From: an uncultured Candidatus Saccharibacteria bacterium
GTDB taxonomy: Bacteria; Patescibacteriota; Minisyncoccia; Phycocordibacterales; UBA5272
Assembly: GCA_964577655.1 (NCBI GenBank)
Contig: CAZNZR010000001.1
Coordinates: forward strand, 1 to 62,226
DNA: 62,226 nucleotides
Direction: 5' to 3'
Part shown: in pieces, positions 1 to 9,107 of the stretch
Position numbering within the stretch: position 1 is the first letter of the stretch
Layout: the number at the start of each line of letters is the position of its first letter
Translations under genes and position numbers: made by a program
Notes under the pieces: generated by a model
The model's input: the letters and a program-made list of their open reading frames with translations, nothing else
Told to the model about the DNA's origin: nothing
Databases searched by the model: none

Positions 1-1814
1 TTCGAATATATCACATGCGCATAAAAGAAGGAGAGAAAAAATTAGAAAAAGTAAGTATTCATCTTAATGAGATAGAATTACTTCGTAGAGAAAATACTCC
101 GCATCTTAACTTCCTAAAGAAGCAAGTAAAAGAATTAGAAAAAAGAGAAGAAGAGATAAGATCTGTATCTTCAATGTTAAAAATATATCTTGCGAGAGAA
201 AACTCAAATATTACAGAAAAAAGAAAAGAGCTTTCTACTCATAATGTGGAAGAGAAGATAATAAGTCTCGAAAAAGAATTAGAAGACTGTAAAGATTCTA
301 CTCTTGCAATAGACAATCTCGACACAAAAAATGAAAAAATATCTATAGAAAATAATCTAATAAGTATAAAAGAACAGTTACAAATAACTAGAAAAGAGAA
401 AGATATAATATATACAGAAAAAGTAAATCTGGAGCTAGAAATAAAATTCTTAAAAAAGAAAGAGGAGGAGATACTATCAAAAAATAATCTAGATATAGAA
501 CTCTTGAAGCAAGAGATAGAAAGCTACATCTTAGATAAAAAAGAATTTGAAGCTTTCCAGGGAGATAGAGAAAAATTGTGGCAGAACATATTCTCTCTCT
601 ATGAGAGTAGAAAATATGAAGAACTAGGAAAAAATCTAAATGACATAAAGAGCTTTGAAAATTCTTTCTGGGATAAATTACGAGGCCAAGAAAAAAATGA
701 TAATTCTAATAAAAAAGACAATAACTTCAAAGAAGAGATCTTATCATTAGAAGAAAAGTTAAAATTGAAAGAAGAAAAGCTTAAAATATTATTATCAGAA
801 ATAGAAAATTTAACCGAAAATTTAGATAAAAATACACAAAAAATACAGAAGTTTAATGAAGAAGAGAAAGAGTCATTTTATAAAAAAGATAATAAGATAC
901 TTTCGATAAAGCTAGAACTAGAAAAGCTATATTCTGAAAAAGAAAATACCAGACTAAAAGAAAATATAGTAAAAGCTGAAGAAGAAAATTTTGAAAATCT
1001 ACTTCGTGAGATGAGTGTGCTTATAGGGCATGCTGCTATGAACTATAAACATTTCAATGAGAATAATTTATCAGAAGAAGAAAAAGCTTATCTGATAATA
1101 AATCAACACGAGCTACTTAAAAAAATAGAAAGAAGTAAAATAAAAATAGAAGAAAGCGGCCTAATAAACGCTGGAGATATAATAGAAGAATATAAAAATC
1201 TCTCAGAAAGAGATTCTTTCTTAGAAAGAGAAATTCTTGATCTTAATAATTCAAAAAATAATCTAGAATCTCTAATAAGAGATCTCAAAGAATCTTTGCT
1301 AGCTGACTTTGATCTAGGGCTTCAAAAGATTAATTTTAATTTTAATAATTATTTTAATGAGATATTCTCTGGCGGTAGAGCTTCTCTGTCTTTAGAGAAG
1401 AAAGAATTAAAAATAAAAGAAGATCTAGAACTAGAAGAAGATGAGGAAAAAAAGAAAGAACCTGGTATAGAGATATCTGTCTCTCTTCCTGAGAAAAAAG
1501 TAAAAGATCTTCAGATGCTCTCTGGAGGAGAGAGAGCTCTCACCTCTATTGCTCTCATATTTGCTATGAGCTCTATCAATCATCCTCCATTTATGGTCTT
1601 AGATGAGACAGATGCGGCACTTGATGAAGCAAATGCACGAAAATATGGAAAGATGATTAAGAAGCTTTCAGAAAAATCAAAATTGTTAGTCATCACTCAT
1701 AATAGAGAGACTATGAACCAGTGTGATGTTCTCTATGGAGTAACTATCGGCGCTGAAGGTTGCTCAAAATTACTCTCTATCAGGTTCGACGAAGCTACAG
1801 AATTCGCAAAGTAA
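1..1814 (+). CDS. smc: Chromosome segregation protein SMC, C-terminal ~600 aa (5' end lies outside the window)
   Basis: The frame of ORF 15..1814 stays open to nt 3. A long K/E-rich coiled coil is followed by the SMC/ABC head: signature 'LSGGERALTSIALIFAM', Walker B/D-loop 'FMVLDETDAALD', 'LLVITHNRETM'. Confidence 0.9.
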   Translation, partial: RIYHMRIKEGEKKLEKVSIHLNEIELLRRENTPHLNFLKKQVKELEKREEEIRSVSSMLKIYLARENSNITEKRKELSTHNVEEKIISLEKELEDCKDSTLAIDNLDTKNEKISIENNLISIKEQLQITRKEKDIIYTEKVNLELEIKFLKKKEEEILSKNNLDIELLKQEIESYILDKKEFEAFQGDREKLWQNIFSLYESRKYEELGKNLNDIKSFENSFWDKLRGQEKNDNSNKKDNNFKEEILSLEEKLKLKEEKLKILLSEIENLTENLDKNTQKIQKFNEEEKESFYKKDNKILSIKLELEKLYSEKENTRLKENIVKAEEENFENLLREMSVLIGHAAMNYKHFNENNLSEEEKAYLIINQHELLKKIERSKIKIEESGLINAGDIIEEYKNLSERDSFLEREILDLNNSKNNLESLIRDLKESLLADFDLGLQKINFNFNNYFNEIFSGGRASLSLEKKELKIKEDLELEEDEEKKKEPGIEISVSLPEKKVKDLQMLSGGERALTSIALIFAMSSINHPPFMVLDETDAALDEANARKYGKMIKKLSEKSKLLVITHNRETMNQCDVLYGVTIGAEGCSKLLSIRFDEATEFAK

Positions 1815-1829
1815 AAATACTTTACTATT

Positions 1830-1858
1830 TTGCATAAAATAAAATCTTAGTGTATACT
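1830..1858 (+). promoter_or_regulatory. Candidate sigma70-type promoter for topA (TTGCAT-N17-TATACT)
   Basis: TTGCAT at 1830-1835, exact 17-nt spacer, TATACT at 1853-1858. A second TGcTATAAT lies at about 1862-1870. About 85 nt upstream of the topA ATG. Confidence 0.45.
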
Positions 1859-1944
1859 CCTGTGCTATAATGAAAAGACTAATATATTTTTAGAAATTAT
1901 TTTTCTAAAAATTTGTGCGTTTAATTTATTTTAAATAACTTTTT

Positions 1945-4155
1945 ATGAAATTACTTATTGTAGAATCTCCAAGTAAAGCAAAAACTATAGAAAAATATCT
2001 CGGAGGAGATTATACTGTTCGTGCATCTATTGGTCACATTAGAGACTTGCCAAAATCTAATAAAAAAGCAGTGGATGTTGAAAATGGATTTGTCCCGACT
2101 TATGAGATAAGTAAAGGAAAAGAAAAAGTAATAAGTGAAATAAAATCTTTAGCTAAAAAAGCAAGTGAAATAATATTAGCAACTGACCAGGATCGTGAAG
2201 GAGAAGCCATAGCTTGGCATCTAGGAGAAGTATTAAATATAAAAAATCCAAAGAGAATTACTTATAATGAGATAACGAAGGAAGCTATACTAGAAGCCTT
2301 GAAGCATACAAGAGGTATAGATCTCAATCTAAAAGAAGCGCAAGAAGCAAGAAGAGTGCTAGACAGACTTGTAGGCTACGATCTATCAGGAATAATTTGG
2401 AAAAAGGTACGCTATGGACTCTCTGCAGGAAGAGTACAATCTCCTGCGCTACGCATAATAATGGAAAGAGAGCGAGAAATAAGAAATTTTATACCTGTAA
2501 AATACTTCAACATTTTTGCGGAGCTTGAGACTGTTGGTAAATTAAAAGAATCTAAAAAATATAAATTAGTATTTGAATGTGAGTTAGAGCCAGGACTAAA
2601 GCCAGAATTAGAAAGCCAAGAAGCTAAAGCTCTCTCAGAAAAAATTGTCCAAGAAGGTAAGGCTGGAAAATGGTACATAAAAGACGTAAAAGAGACTAAT
2701 GCAAAATCTAGCCCTCGCCCGCCATTTACAACTTCAACATTACAACAAACTGCTTCTAGTAGACTAGGCTTTGCACCAAAGAAAACAATGATGCTCGCAC
2801 AAAAATTATACGAAAAAGGATTTATCACTTATATGCGTACAGACTCTACTAATTTAGCATCTTCCGCTATTACTGAAATATCTTCTCTAATAACTAAAAA
2901 ATATGGAAAAGAATATTTAGAAACTAGAGCCTATAAAGCAAAATCTAAAAATGCACAGGAAGCTCATGAGGCTATTCGCCCAACACATGCTAGCACTCTA
3001 TCAGTAGGAACAAATTCTGATGAAAAAAGGCTCTATGATCTAATCTGGTCTCGCACTGTAGCAAGTCAAATGAGCGACGCAAAACTACTTCGAACAAAGA
3101 TACTAACAAATATTCAAAATAAAAAAGATTATCCTGATTTTTCTATAAATGGGTCTATAGTATTATTTGATGGGTGGCTAAAAGTTGATCCCGACGGAAA
3201 AGGAGAAGATATAAATCTTCCCAAACTTTCAAAAGATGAAAATCTAAACTTGCTTGCTATAAATAGTGTAGAAAAAGAGACTTTACCACCAGGTAGATAT
3301 TCTGAGGCAAGCCTTATAAAAGAATTGGAAAAAAGAGATATAGGAAGACCTTCGACTTACGCCTCTATAATCTCTACTATAGAAGATAGAGGCTATGTAG
3401 AAAAAATAAATAAAGCACTTTATCCTACAGATACTGGAGAGGTCGTCTCTGATTTTCTGGAAAAGAATTTTGCAAAATATATATCGGATGATTTTACAAA
3501 AGAAATGGAAAACGAACTAGATGATATAGCAAGCGGTAAGCTTACATACAAAAAATTATTAACAGATTTTTATAAACCATTTCAAAAAGAAGTTAAAGAA
3601 AAAGAAAAAATGGAAAAACAAAACAATCTAGGCGAAGCTCCAGATGAGATAAAATGTGGAAAATGTGGATCAAAAATGATAGTCAAATTATCAAAAGGAG
3701 GTAAATTCTACTCTTGTTCTCGATTCCCTGATTGCAGTGGAGCCAGGACACTCTCCGGAGATATATTGGAAGGACCAAAGGACACTGGTAAGATATGCCC
3801 AAAATGTGAAAAAGGTAGACTCATAGAAAGAGAAGGAAGATTTGGTAAATTTGTCGCCTGCTCAAATTATCCAAAATGTAAATATATAGAGCAAAGTGAA
3901 GAAGAAAAACAAAAGAAAAATACTGGTATAAAGTGTAATAAATGTGATACTGGATATATGGAAGAGAGAAGAGGAAGATTTGGAGTGTTCTATTCTTGCT
4001 CCAATTATCCTGAATGTAAAAATGCCATTAAAGCAAAGCCGACTGGAAACTATTGCAAAATGTGTGGAGAGATGATGATGGAAGGTACTAAAACTATCCC
4101 AGAGCGTTGTTCTTCTAAATCCTGCCCAAATCATAATCCGCATAAAATAAAATAA
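1945..4155 (+). CDS. topA: DNA topoisomerase I
   Basis: TOPRIM N-terminus 'LLIVESPSKAKTIEKYLG' and 'DQDREGEAIAWH'. Active-site region 'GFITYMRTDST'. Four C-terminal CxxC...CxxC zinc ribbons ('CGKCGS..CSRFPDC', 'CPKCEKG..CSNYPKC', 'CNKCDTG..CSNYPEC', 'CKMCGE'). Confidence 0.95.
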   Translation: MKLLIVESPSKAKTIEKYLGGDYTVRASIGHIRDLPKSNKKAVDVENGFVPTYEISKGKEKVISEIKSLAKKASEIILATDQDREGEAIAWHLGEVLNIKNPKRITYNEITKEAILEALKHTRGIDLNLKEAQEARRVLDRLVGYDLSGIIWKKVRYGLSAGRVQSPALRIIMEREREIRNFIPVKYFNIFAELETVGKLKESKKYKLVFECELEPGLKPELESQEAKALSEKIVQEGKAGKWYIKDVKETNAKSSPRPPFTTSTLQQTASSRLGFAPKKTMMLAQKLYEKGFITYMRTDSTNLASSAITEISSLITKKYGKEYLETRAYKAKSKNAQEAHEAIRPTHASTLSVGTNSDEKRLYDLIWSRTVASQMSDAKLLRTKILTNIQNKKDYPDFSINGSIVLFDGWLKVDPDGKGEDINLPKLSKDENLNLLAINSVEKETLPPGRYSEASLIKELEKRDIGRPSTYASIISTIEDRGYVEKINKALYPTDTGEVVSDFLEKNFAKYISDDFTKEMENELDDIASGKLTYKKLLTDFYKPFQKEVKEKEKMEKQNNLGEAPDEIKCGKCGSKMIVKLSKGGKFYSCSRFPDCSGARTLSGDILEGPKDTGKICPKCEKGRLIEREGRFGKFVACSNYPKCKYIEQSEEEKQKKNTGIKCNKCDTGYMEERRGRFGVFYSCSNYPECKNAIKAKPTGNYCKMCGEMMMEGTKTIPERCSSKSCPNHNPHKIK

Positions 4156-4193
4156 AGCCTTGCCAAAATATTTATTAATGTTATCATTAATAA

Positions 4194-5732
4194 ATGACTG
4201 ATACTCATGTAGAACCAAATAAGACATTTCTATCCCCTACTATAGATGAGATATTTTCTGCTGTTCCTATAAATAGACATTTTAACACTCTTGAAAAGAG
4301 ACTCATAGAAAAAGCTTATAATTTCTCTAAAGAAGCTCATGAGGGACAACTAAGAAATTCTGGAGAGCCCTACTTCAATCACTGCGTACAGACGACAATA
4401 AATATTGCAAAGCAAAATATGGATATTGATACTATAATCGCTGGACTTCTTCATGACTCTCTAGAAGATACAAAAGTATCTAAAGAAGAAATAGAAAAAG
4501 AATTTGGAAAAGATGTATTATTTTTAATTGAAGGAGTGACGAAGCTTGGGACAATAAAATATAAAGGTGTTGAGAGGCATGTAGAAAGTATGCGTAAATT
4601 CTTTATAGCGATGGCTGAGGATATAAGAGTTGTAGTGATTAAGCTTTGTGATAGACTTCACAATGTATCAACTCTAGAATATCTAAGAGAAGATAAGAGA
4701 AAAAGAATTGCTATCGAGACTCTAGAAATACACGCTAGACTCGCAGATCGTATAGGTATGGGAAAACTCAAAAGCCAATTAGAAGATAAAGCTTTCCCTT
4801 ACGCTTTTCCAGAAGATTATAAGAAAGTGAAAGATATGTTCGAGGCTACCAAGTCAGCATCTGAGGATTATCTATTAAAAATCTTAGAAAAAGTAAAAGA
4901 GGAATTAAATATTTTTAATATAAAATATTTAAAAATAGATCATAGACTTAAACATCTTTATTCTCTATATGAGAAATTAAAAAGAAACAATTGGGATATC
5001 CAAAAAATATATGACATAGCTGCTATGCGTATAATAGTTGAAGACATGTCTACTTGCTATCAAGTACTTGGAATAATACATGGCCTTTATAAGCCAGTAC
5101 CAGGAAGATTCAAGGATTATATAGCAATACCGAAGCCAAACGGCTATCAATCTCTTCATACTACTGTATTTGATGGAGAAGGAGGGACTTTTGAGGTGCA
5201 GATAAGAACAGAAAAGATGCATATAGAAGCCGAATATGGTATAGCCTCTCATCTACTATATAAAGAAATTGGAGACACAAAAAAAGCTAAAAATCAAAAA
5301 GAAAAAAACAAAATAAATAATCTAAAAGAAAAAGTTTCCTGGACTAAAGATCTTTTAAAAATGCAAGAGAATACGGAAGAAAATAAAAATTATCTAAAAA
5401 ATCTAAAGGAAGAATTCTTAAGCCAGAGAATATTCGTACATACTCCAAAAGGAGATATAATAGAATTACCCAACGGTGCCGGAGTACTTGATTTTGCTTA
5501 TACTGTACACTCAGACATTGGTAATCATGTATCAAGTGTAATGGTAAATGGTAAATTAGTATCCTTAGAGACTAAATTAAAAAATAGAGACATAGTAGAA
5601 ATTCACACAAAAGAAGAAGCAAAACCTACTCGTAAATGGCTAGATTATGCTTTTACATCTCTAGCAAAAAGACATATTAGAAATTATCTAAAAGAGAATG
5701 GCGGTACTATAGATAAATTTTTTATAAGCTAA
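4194..5732 (+). CDS. rel: Bifunctional (p)ppGpp synthetase/hydrolase, RelA/SpoT homologue (short form: HD + synthetase + TGS only)
   Basis: HD hydrolase motif 'LLHDSLEDT'. Synthetase motifs 'RFKDYIAIPKPNGYQSLHTTV' and 'EVQIRTEKMHIEAEYGIASHLLYKE'. TGS 'VHTPKGDIIELPNGAGVLDFAYTVHSDIG'. The protein ends about 60 aa after the TGS domain. Confidence 0.9.
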   Translation: MTDTHVEPNKTFLSPTIDEIFSAVPINRHFNTLEKRLIEKAYNFSKEAHEGQLRNSGEPYFNHCVQTTINIAKQNMDIDTIIAGLLHDSLEDTKVSKEEIEKEFGKDVLFLIEGVTKLGTIKYKGVERHVESMRKFFIAMAEDIRVVVIKLCDRLHNVSTLEYLREDKRKRIAIETLEIHARLADRIGMGKLKSQLEDKAFPYAFPEDYKKVKDMFEATKSASEDYLLKILEKVKEELNIFNIKYLKIDHRLKHLYSLYEKLKRNNWDIQKIYDIAAMRIIVEDMSTCYQVLGIIHGLYKPVPGRFKDYIAIPKPNGYQSLHTTVFDGEGGTFEVQIRTEKMHIEAEYGIASHLLYKEIGDTKKAKNQKEKNKINNLKEKVSWTKDLLKMQENTEENKNYLKNLKEEFLSQRIFVHTPKGDIIELPNGAGVLDFAYTVHSDIGNHVSSVMVNGKLVSLETKLKNRDIVEIHTKEEAKPTRKWLDYAFTSLAKRHIRNYLKENGGTIDKFFIS

Positions 5733-6849
5733 AATTTCTTATATCGAATAGATCATCTTCTCTGTTTTCACTTTCTCTTATCTCCTCTTTCCCCCTGTCA
5801 TCTTCTAATCTGAAATTATCTAATACATTTTCTTTTGTATTTTCTTTATTTAAGATAAATTCTCCTATATGTTCTTCTTTATTTTCTATCATAGGTAGTG
5901 TATTTTCAGTATTTTGTGTGGGAAGGATAGAATCTTCATTTATAATCGCATTGGCGAGCGGAGAAGAAGCCGAGAGATTCATCTCTTTTCTTATCTTATC
6001 GAACATGCCCTCGTGAGTCTTATCTGTACCAGCCCTTTTTATAAGACTAGCGAGAGAAAGTAATTCATCATAAGAAAAATAATCAATCATAATCTTTCCA
6101 CCTTTCTCTTTTGGCTCAATATGAACTCTTGTGCCAAGGCTTTCAGCTAATTTTTCTTCTAGATCGACAACTTCTGGATTTGCCATTAGAGACTTTTTAC
6201 GAACTTTTTCATAAGCTACTCGTCTAGCAAGACTTTCTGCTTCTCTCACTGTCATCTTACGCATGAGCATTTCTTTAAAAAGAGTAATTTGCTCTGCCGG
6301 CTTATCAATGAGCATAAGAAGTGGTCTTGTGTGGCCTTCTGATATTTTGCCAGAAATAAGAGCATCTAGAATATCTTGTGGAAGCATAAGAATACGCACA
6401 GTATTTGATACATACTCTCTACTTTTCCCAACTTTTTTTCCTATCTCTGCCCAAGAAAGTTTAAATTCATCTGCAAGCTGTTGAAAAGATTTAGCTCTAT
6501 CAACAGAATTAAGATCTTCTCTTTGGATATTTTCAATAATAGCCAATTCTAATTTAGATCTATCATCATCACCTATGCGCACTACACAAGGCACTTCTTT
6601 GACTCCAGCTAATTTAGCGGCCCTCAGACGTCTTTCTCCAGCTATAAGCTCATAAGTGACTGAGATAGATCCATCTTCATGTGAGTCTTCTTTTCTGGTC
6701 ACTACCAGTGGCTGAAGAACTCCGTATTGACGAATAGACTCAGATAAATCTTTTAGATTATTTTGGTCAAATTCTCTTCTAGGTTGATAAGGATTGGGAG
6801 CAATCTTATTAACCTCAATCCAAAAAACTGCATTTTGTAATTCTGCCAT
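5722..6849 (-). CDS. parB: ParB/Spo0J partition protein with a long acidic C-terminal tail
   Basis: ParB box 'GVLQPLVVTRK' and 'LIAGERRLRAAKLAG'. HTH 'SWAEIGKKVGKSREYVSNTVRIL'. Its 3' end overlaps the rel stop convergently by 11 nt. No parA is adjacent. Confidence 0.9.
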   Translation of the reverse strand: MAELQNAVFWIEVNKIAPNPYQPRREFDQNNLKDLSESIRQYGVLQPLVVTRKEDSHEDGSISVTYELIAGERRLRAAKLAGVKEVPCVVRIGDDDRSKLELAIIENIQREDLNSVDRAKSFQQLADEFKLSWAEIGKKVGKSREYVSNTVRILMLPQDILDALISGKISEGHTRPLLMLIDKPAEQITLFKEMLMRKMTVREAESLARRVAYEKVRKKSLMANPEVVDLEEKLAESLGTRVHIEPKEKGGKIMIDYFSYDELLSLASLIKRAGTDKTHEGMFDKIRKEMNLSASSPLANAIINEDSILPTQNTENTLPMIENKEEHIGEFILNKENTKENVLDNFRLEDDRGKEEIRESENREDDLFDIRNFSL

Positions 6850-6933
6850 AAATAATAGTTTTTAATTAATATTTTACTTAGCCAGTATAACATGAAAAAA
6901 AATCTAAAATATGATAAGATATGTGAATAAATT

Positions 6934-7014
6934 GCCGAAGTGGTGGAATGGTATACACGTGCGACTCAAAATCGCATGCCTCACGGCTTGTGGGTTCAAG
7001 TCCCACCTTCGGCA
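6934..7014 (+). tRNA. tRNA-Leu (anticodon CAA), type II with long variable arm
   Basis: Folded by hand. Acceptor GCCGAAG/CTTCGGC plus discriminator A. Anticodon stem TGCGA/TCGCA with loop CTCAAAA (CAA at 6967-6969). Variable arm GCC-TCAC-GGC. T arm GTGGG-TTCAAGT-CCCAC. No encoded CCA. Confidence 0.9.
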
Positions 7015-7024
7015 CAAGAATAAT

Positions 7025-7051
7025 AAAAACTGTACACAGAGTACAGTTTTT
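7025..7051. terminator. Bidirectional intrinsic terminator (after tRNA-Leu and after the convergent ORF 7084..7470)
   Basis: AAAAA-ACTGTAC-acaga-GTACAGT-TTTT: 7-bp stem, A-tract on one side and T-tract on the other. Confidence 0.6.
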
Positions 7052-7083
7052 ATTATTTTACTTTAAAAACTTGCTTAAAATGG

Positions 7084-7470
7084 TTAGTTTAGACTAGGTT
7101 TTAGAAAATCACTACTCGAAACTGAAGTGTTGTCTTTCTTTTGTTCTAAGATTTTCAATTCTACGTTATTTTTATTGTAAATCGCTAATGCTTTACTAAG
7201 TTCAGTTTGTTTTATTAATTCTATTACTTCTTCTTGTTTTTTAAGATGTGAAAGATCTGTCGGATCTGCAAATATAGCAACTCTTATATCCCCCAACACA
7301 ATTTTAAACTCTTCAATTTTTTTAGAACACCATTCCATGTATTCATTATGAGACTGAATGATTTCACGCTCTAATTTCTTAATTTGTTCATCTATTATTT
7401 CTGTTTTGCTTTTTTCCTCATTGGTATCTCTCTTACCATTTAATCCCCCACCAAATTCTCTATTATTCAT
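7084..7470 (-). CDS. Hypothetical protein (128 aa, coiled-coil-like, no recognisable motif)
   Basis: Intact ORF with its own intergenic spacers and a terminator downstream. Helical K/E-rich composition. I recognise no family. Confidence 0.5.
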   Translation of the reverse strand: MNNREFGGGLNGKRDTNEEKSKTEIIDEQIKKLEREIIQSHNEYMEWCSKKIEEFKIVLGDIRVAIFADPTDLSHLKKQEEVIELIKQTELSKALAIYNKNNVELKILEQKKDNTSVSSSDFLKPSLN

Positions 7471-7531
7471 ATTTTTATTATTTTAATATATTATAATTAT
7501 AACTCTTTTTTATTATTTTTCAATCTTTTCA

Positions 7532-7918
7532 TTATTTTTCTTTAATATATTTCTTTAAAAAACTTATAGCGGCACCATAGATTTCCTCTAAAGTACTAAG
7601 ATCTGTTGCTTTTAATACTTTTTCTATATACTCGTCATATTTATTAATAATTTCTATTTGGGATTCTTTTATATTCTTGCTTAAAACATATTTACCTTGC
7701 TTATAGATATAATCTTCGAAATGAGTAAAATATGGTTCTTTTCTTAAATCGTCCATAATGCTTTCGAAAGAACTATCTATTAAACTTAATCTAAGTGCTT
7801 GGAAAATATTGATTGCGTCGTTAATACGTTTTTTAAATTCAACAATTGTATTAATAACCTTAGGATTTTGTTTGCTCTCAAGAGAGAAATTTGGTTTCAT
7901 TATATGATTATAACACAT
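7532..7918 (-). CDS. Hypothetical protein (128 aa, all-helical composition)
   Basis: Intact ORF with no recognisable motif. Alternative start at 'MKPNFS' (7900). Confidence 0.5.
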   Translation of the reverse strand: MCYNHIMKPNFSLESKQNPKVINTIVEFKKRINDAINIFQALRLSLIDSSFESIMDDLRKEPYFTHFEDYIYKQGKYVLSKNIKESQIEIINKYDEYIEKVLKATDLSTLEEIYGAAISFLKKYIKEK

Positions 7919-8047
7919 AAAATATTGTGTTTAAATAAAAAATGATCAACTATTAATTAATATTTTGTCAATATTTATAAAAAGTGACTTTTCTTTTTAT
8001 AATTGCTATTATCTATAATATAATCAGACCTAGAGAGCTTAAAATAT

Positions 8048-8791
8048 ATGAAAATAAAATATATTTTTAGAAAAAGTAAAATTAGAATTAATATCAAAAA
8101 GATATTTTCTATTTTATTTATATTTATTTTTATTTTCTTAGCTTTATCTATCTTTATTTTCTTTTATATATCACAATACTCAAAACCATTTATTTTTAAT
8201 GATATAGAAAAAATAGAAAAAAATAAAGTAGGACTACTTCTAGGTACATCTCCTGTCACTAGTGCTGGAGATAGGAGCCTTTTCTTCATAACTCGTATGG
8301 AAGCAGCGAAAAATCTATTAGATAATAAAAAAATAGAATACATACTAGTCTCTGGAGACAATAGAAGCGTAACTTATAATGAGCCTAAATATATGAGAAA
8401 TTATTTGTTAAAATTAGGCACGGCTACTAGTAATATAATATCTGATTACGCTGGTAGAAGGACCTTAGACTCAGTCCTGAGAAGTAATCAGATATTTAAT
8501 CAAAATAAAATAACTGTAATATCTCAAAAATTTCATAATGAAAGAGCTATTTTTATAGCCAGGAAAAATGATATAGAAGCTGTAGGATTCAACGCAATTT
8601 ATCCGTATAAGAATTTTTTTTCTAATTTTAGAGTCAATACCAAGACTTTTCTACGAGAGCTTCTGGCAAGAGATATAGCTGTCTTTGATTTATTTATTGG
8701 TAAGAAACCACAAATATTAGGAGAAAATATCGAAATAAAAAATGAAAACATATTAGAAATAAAAAAACTTCTCCCGGAGGAGAAGGCTTAA
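8048..8791 (+). CDS. sanA: SanA/YdcF (DUF218) family membrane-anchored protein
   Basis: N-terminal TM helix, then blocks that I recall matching E. coli SanA: 'VGLLLGTSP', 'ILVSGDNRSVTYNEPKYMRNYL', 'DYAGRRTLDSVLRS', 'ISQKFHNERAIFIA'. Confidence 0.8.
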   Translation: MKIKYIFRKSKIRINIKKIFSILFIFIFIFLALSIFIFFYISQYSKPFIFNDIEKIEKNKVGLLLGTSPVTSAGDRSLFFITRMEAAKNLLDNKKIEYILVSGDNRSVTYNEPKYMRNYLLKLGTATSNIISDYAGRRTLDSVLRSNQIFNQNKITVISQKFHNERAIFIARKNDIEAVGFNAIYPYKNFFSNFRVNTKTFLRELLARDIAVFDLFIGKKPQILGENIEIKNENILEIKKLLPEEKA

Positions 8792-8806
8792 TATGCTAAA
8801 AATTTT

Positions 8807-8980
8807 TTAGGCTTCTTTTTTATCTCTAAAAAAGATTAGAAAAAACATCCCAATAAAAGAAGCGTAAACCATCGTTTTTGCTGTGGCAGGACTTATTCTG
8901 AGGCCAAGATTAGCATAACCATAAAAATATCCAAACCACATAAAAATAATGATCAAAATAATAATAATTTTTAAATTCAT
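8807..8980 (-). CDS. Possible small membrane protein (57 aa; not in the supplied ORF track)
   Basis: Hand translation gives MNLKIIIILIIIFMWFGYFYGYANLGLRISPATAKTMVYASFIGMFFLIFFRDKKEA*. Two hydrophobic segments. It fills an otherwise 316-nt gap. Confidence 0.3.
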   Translation of the reverse strand: MNLKIIIILIIIFMWFGYFYGYANLGLRISPATAKTMVYASFIGMFFLIFFRDKKEA

Positions 8981-9060
8981 TTTAAAAGAATTTTTTAAAT
9001 TAAAAAATTATTTACAAACAACTATATAAGTATATCACAATCAATCTTCTTTGTCAATAG

Positions 9061-9087
9061 AAAAAACCGCCCTTTTGAGAGCGGTTT
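9061..9087 (-). terminator. Intrinsic terminator downstream of ORF 9108..9707
   Basis: On the minus strand: AAACCGC-loop-GCGGTTT followed by TTTTTT (reverse complement of the A-run at 9061-9066). Confidence 0.6.
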
Positions 9088-9107
9088 CGCAACTAGTTTT
9101 TCTTTTT

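Noticed and set aside
1888-1910. Inverted repeat TTTTAGAAA-ttatt-TTTCTAAAA between smc and topA, considered as a terminator or operator
   Set aside because: The 9-bp stem has a single G:C pair in an AT-rich spacer. It lies downstream of the candidate topA promoter and has no flanking U-tract logic, so it is too weak to call.
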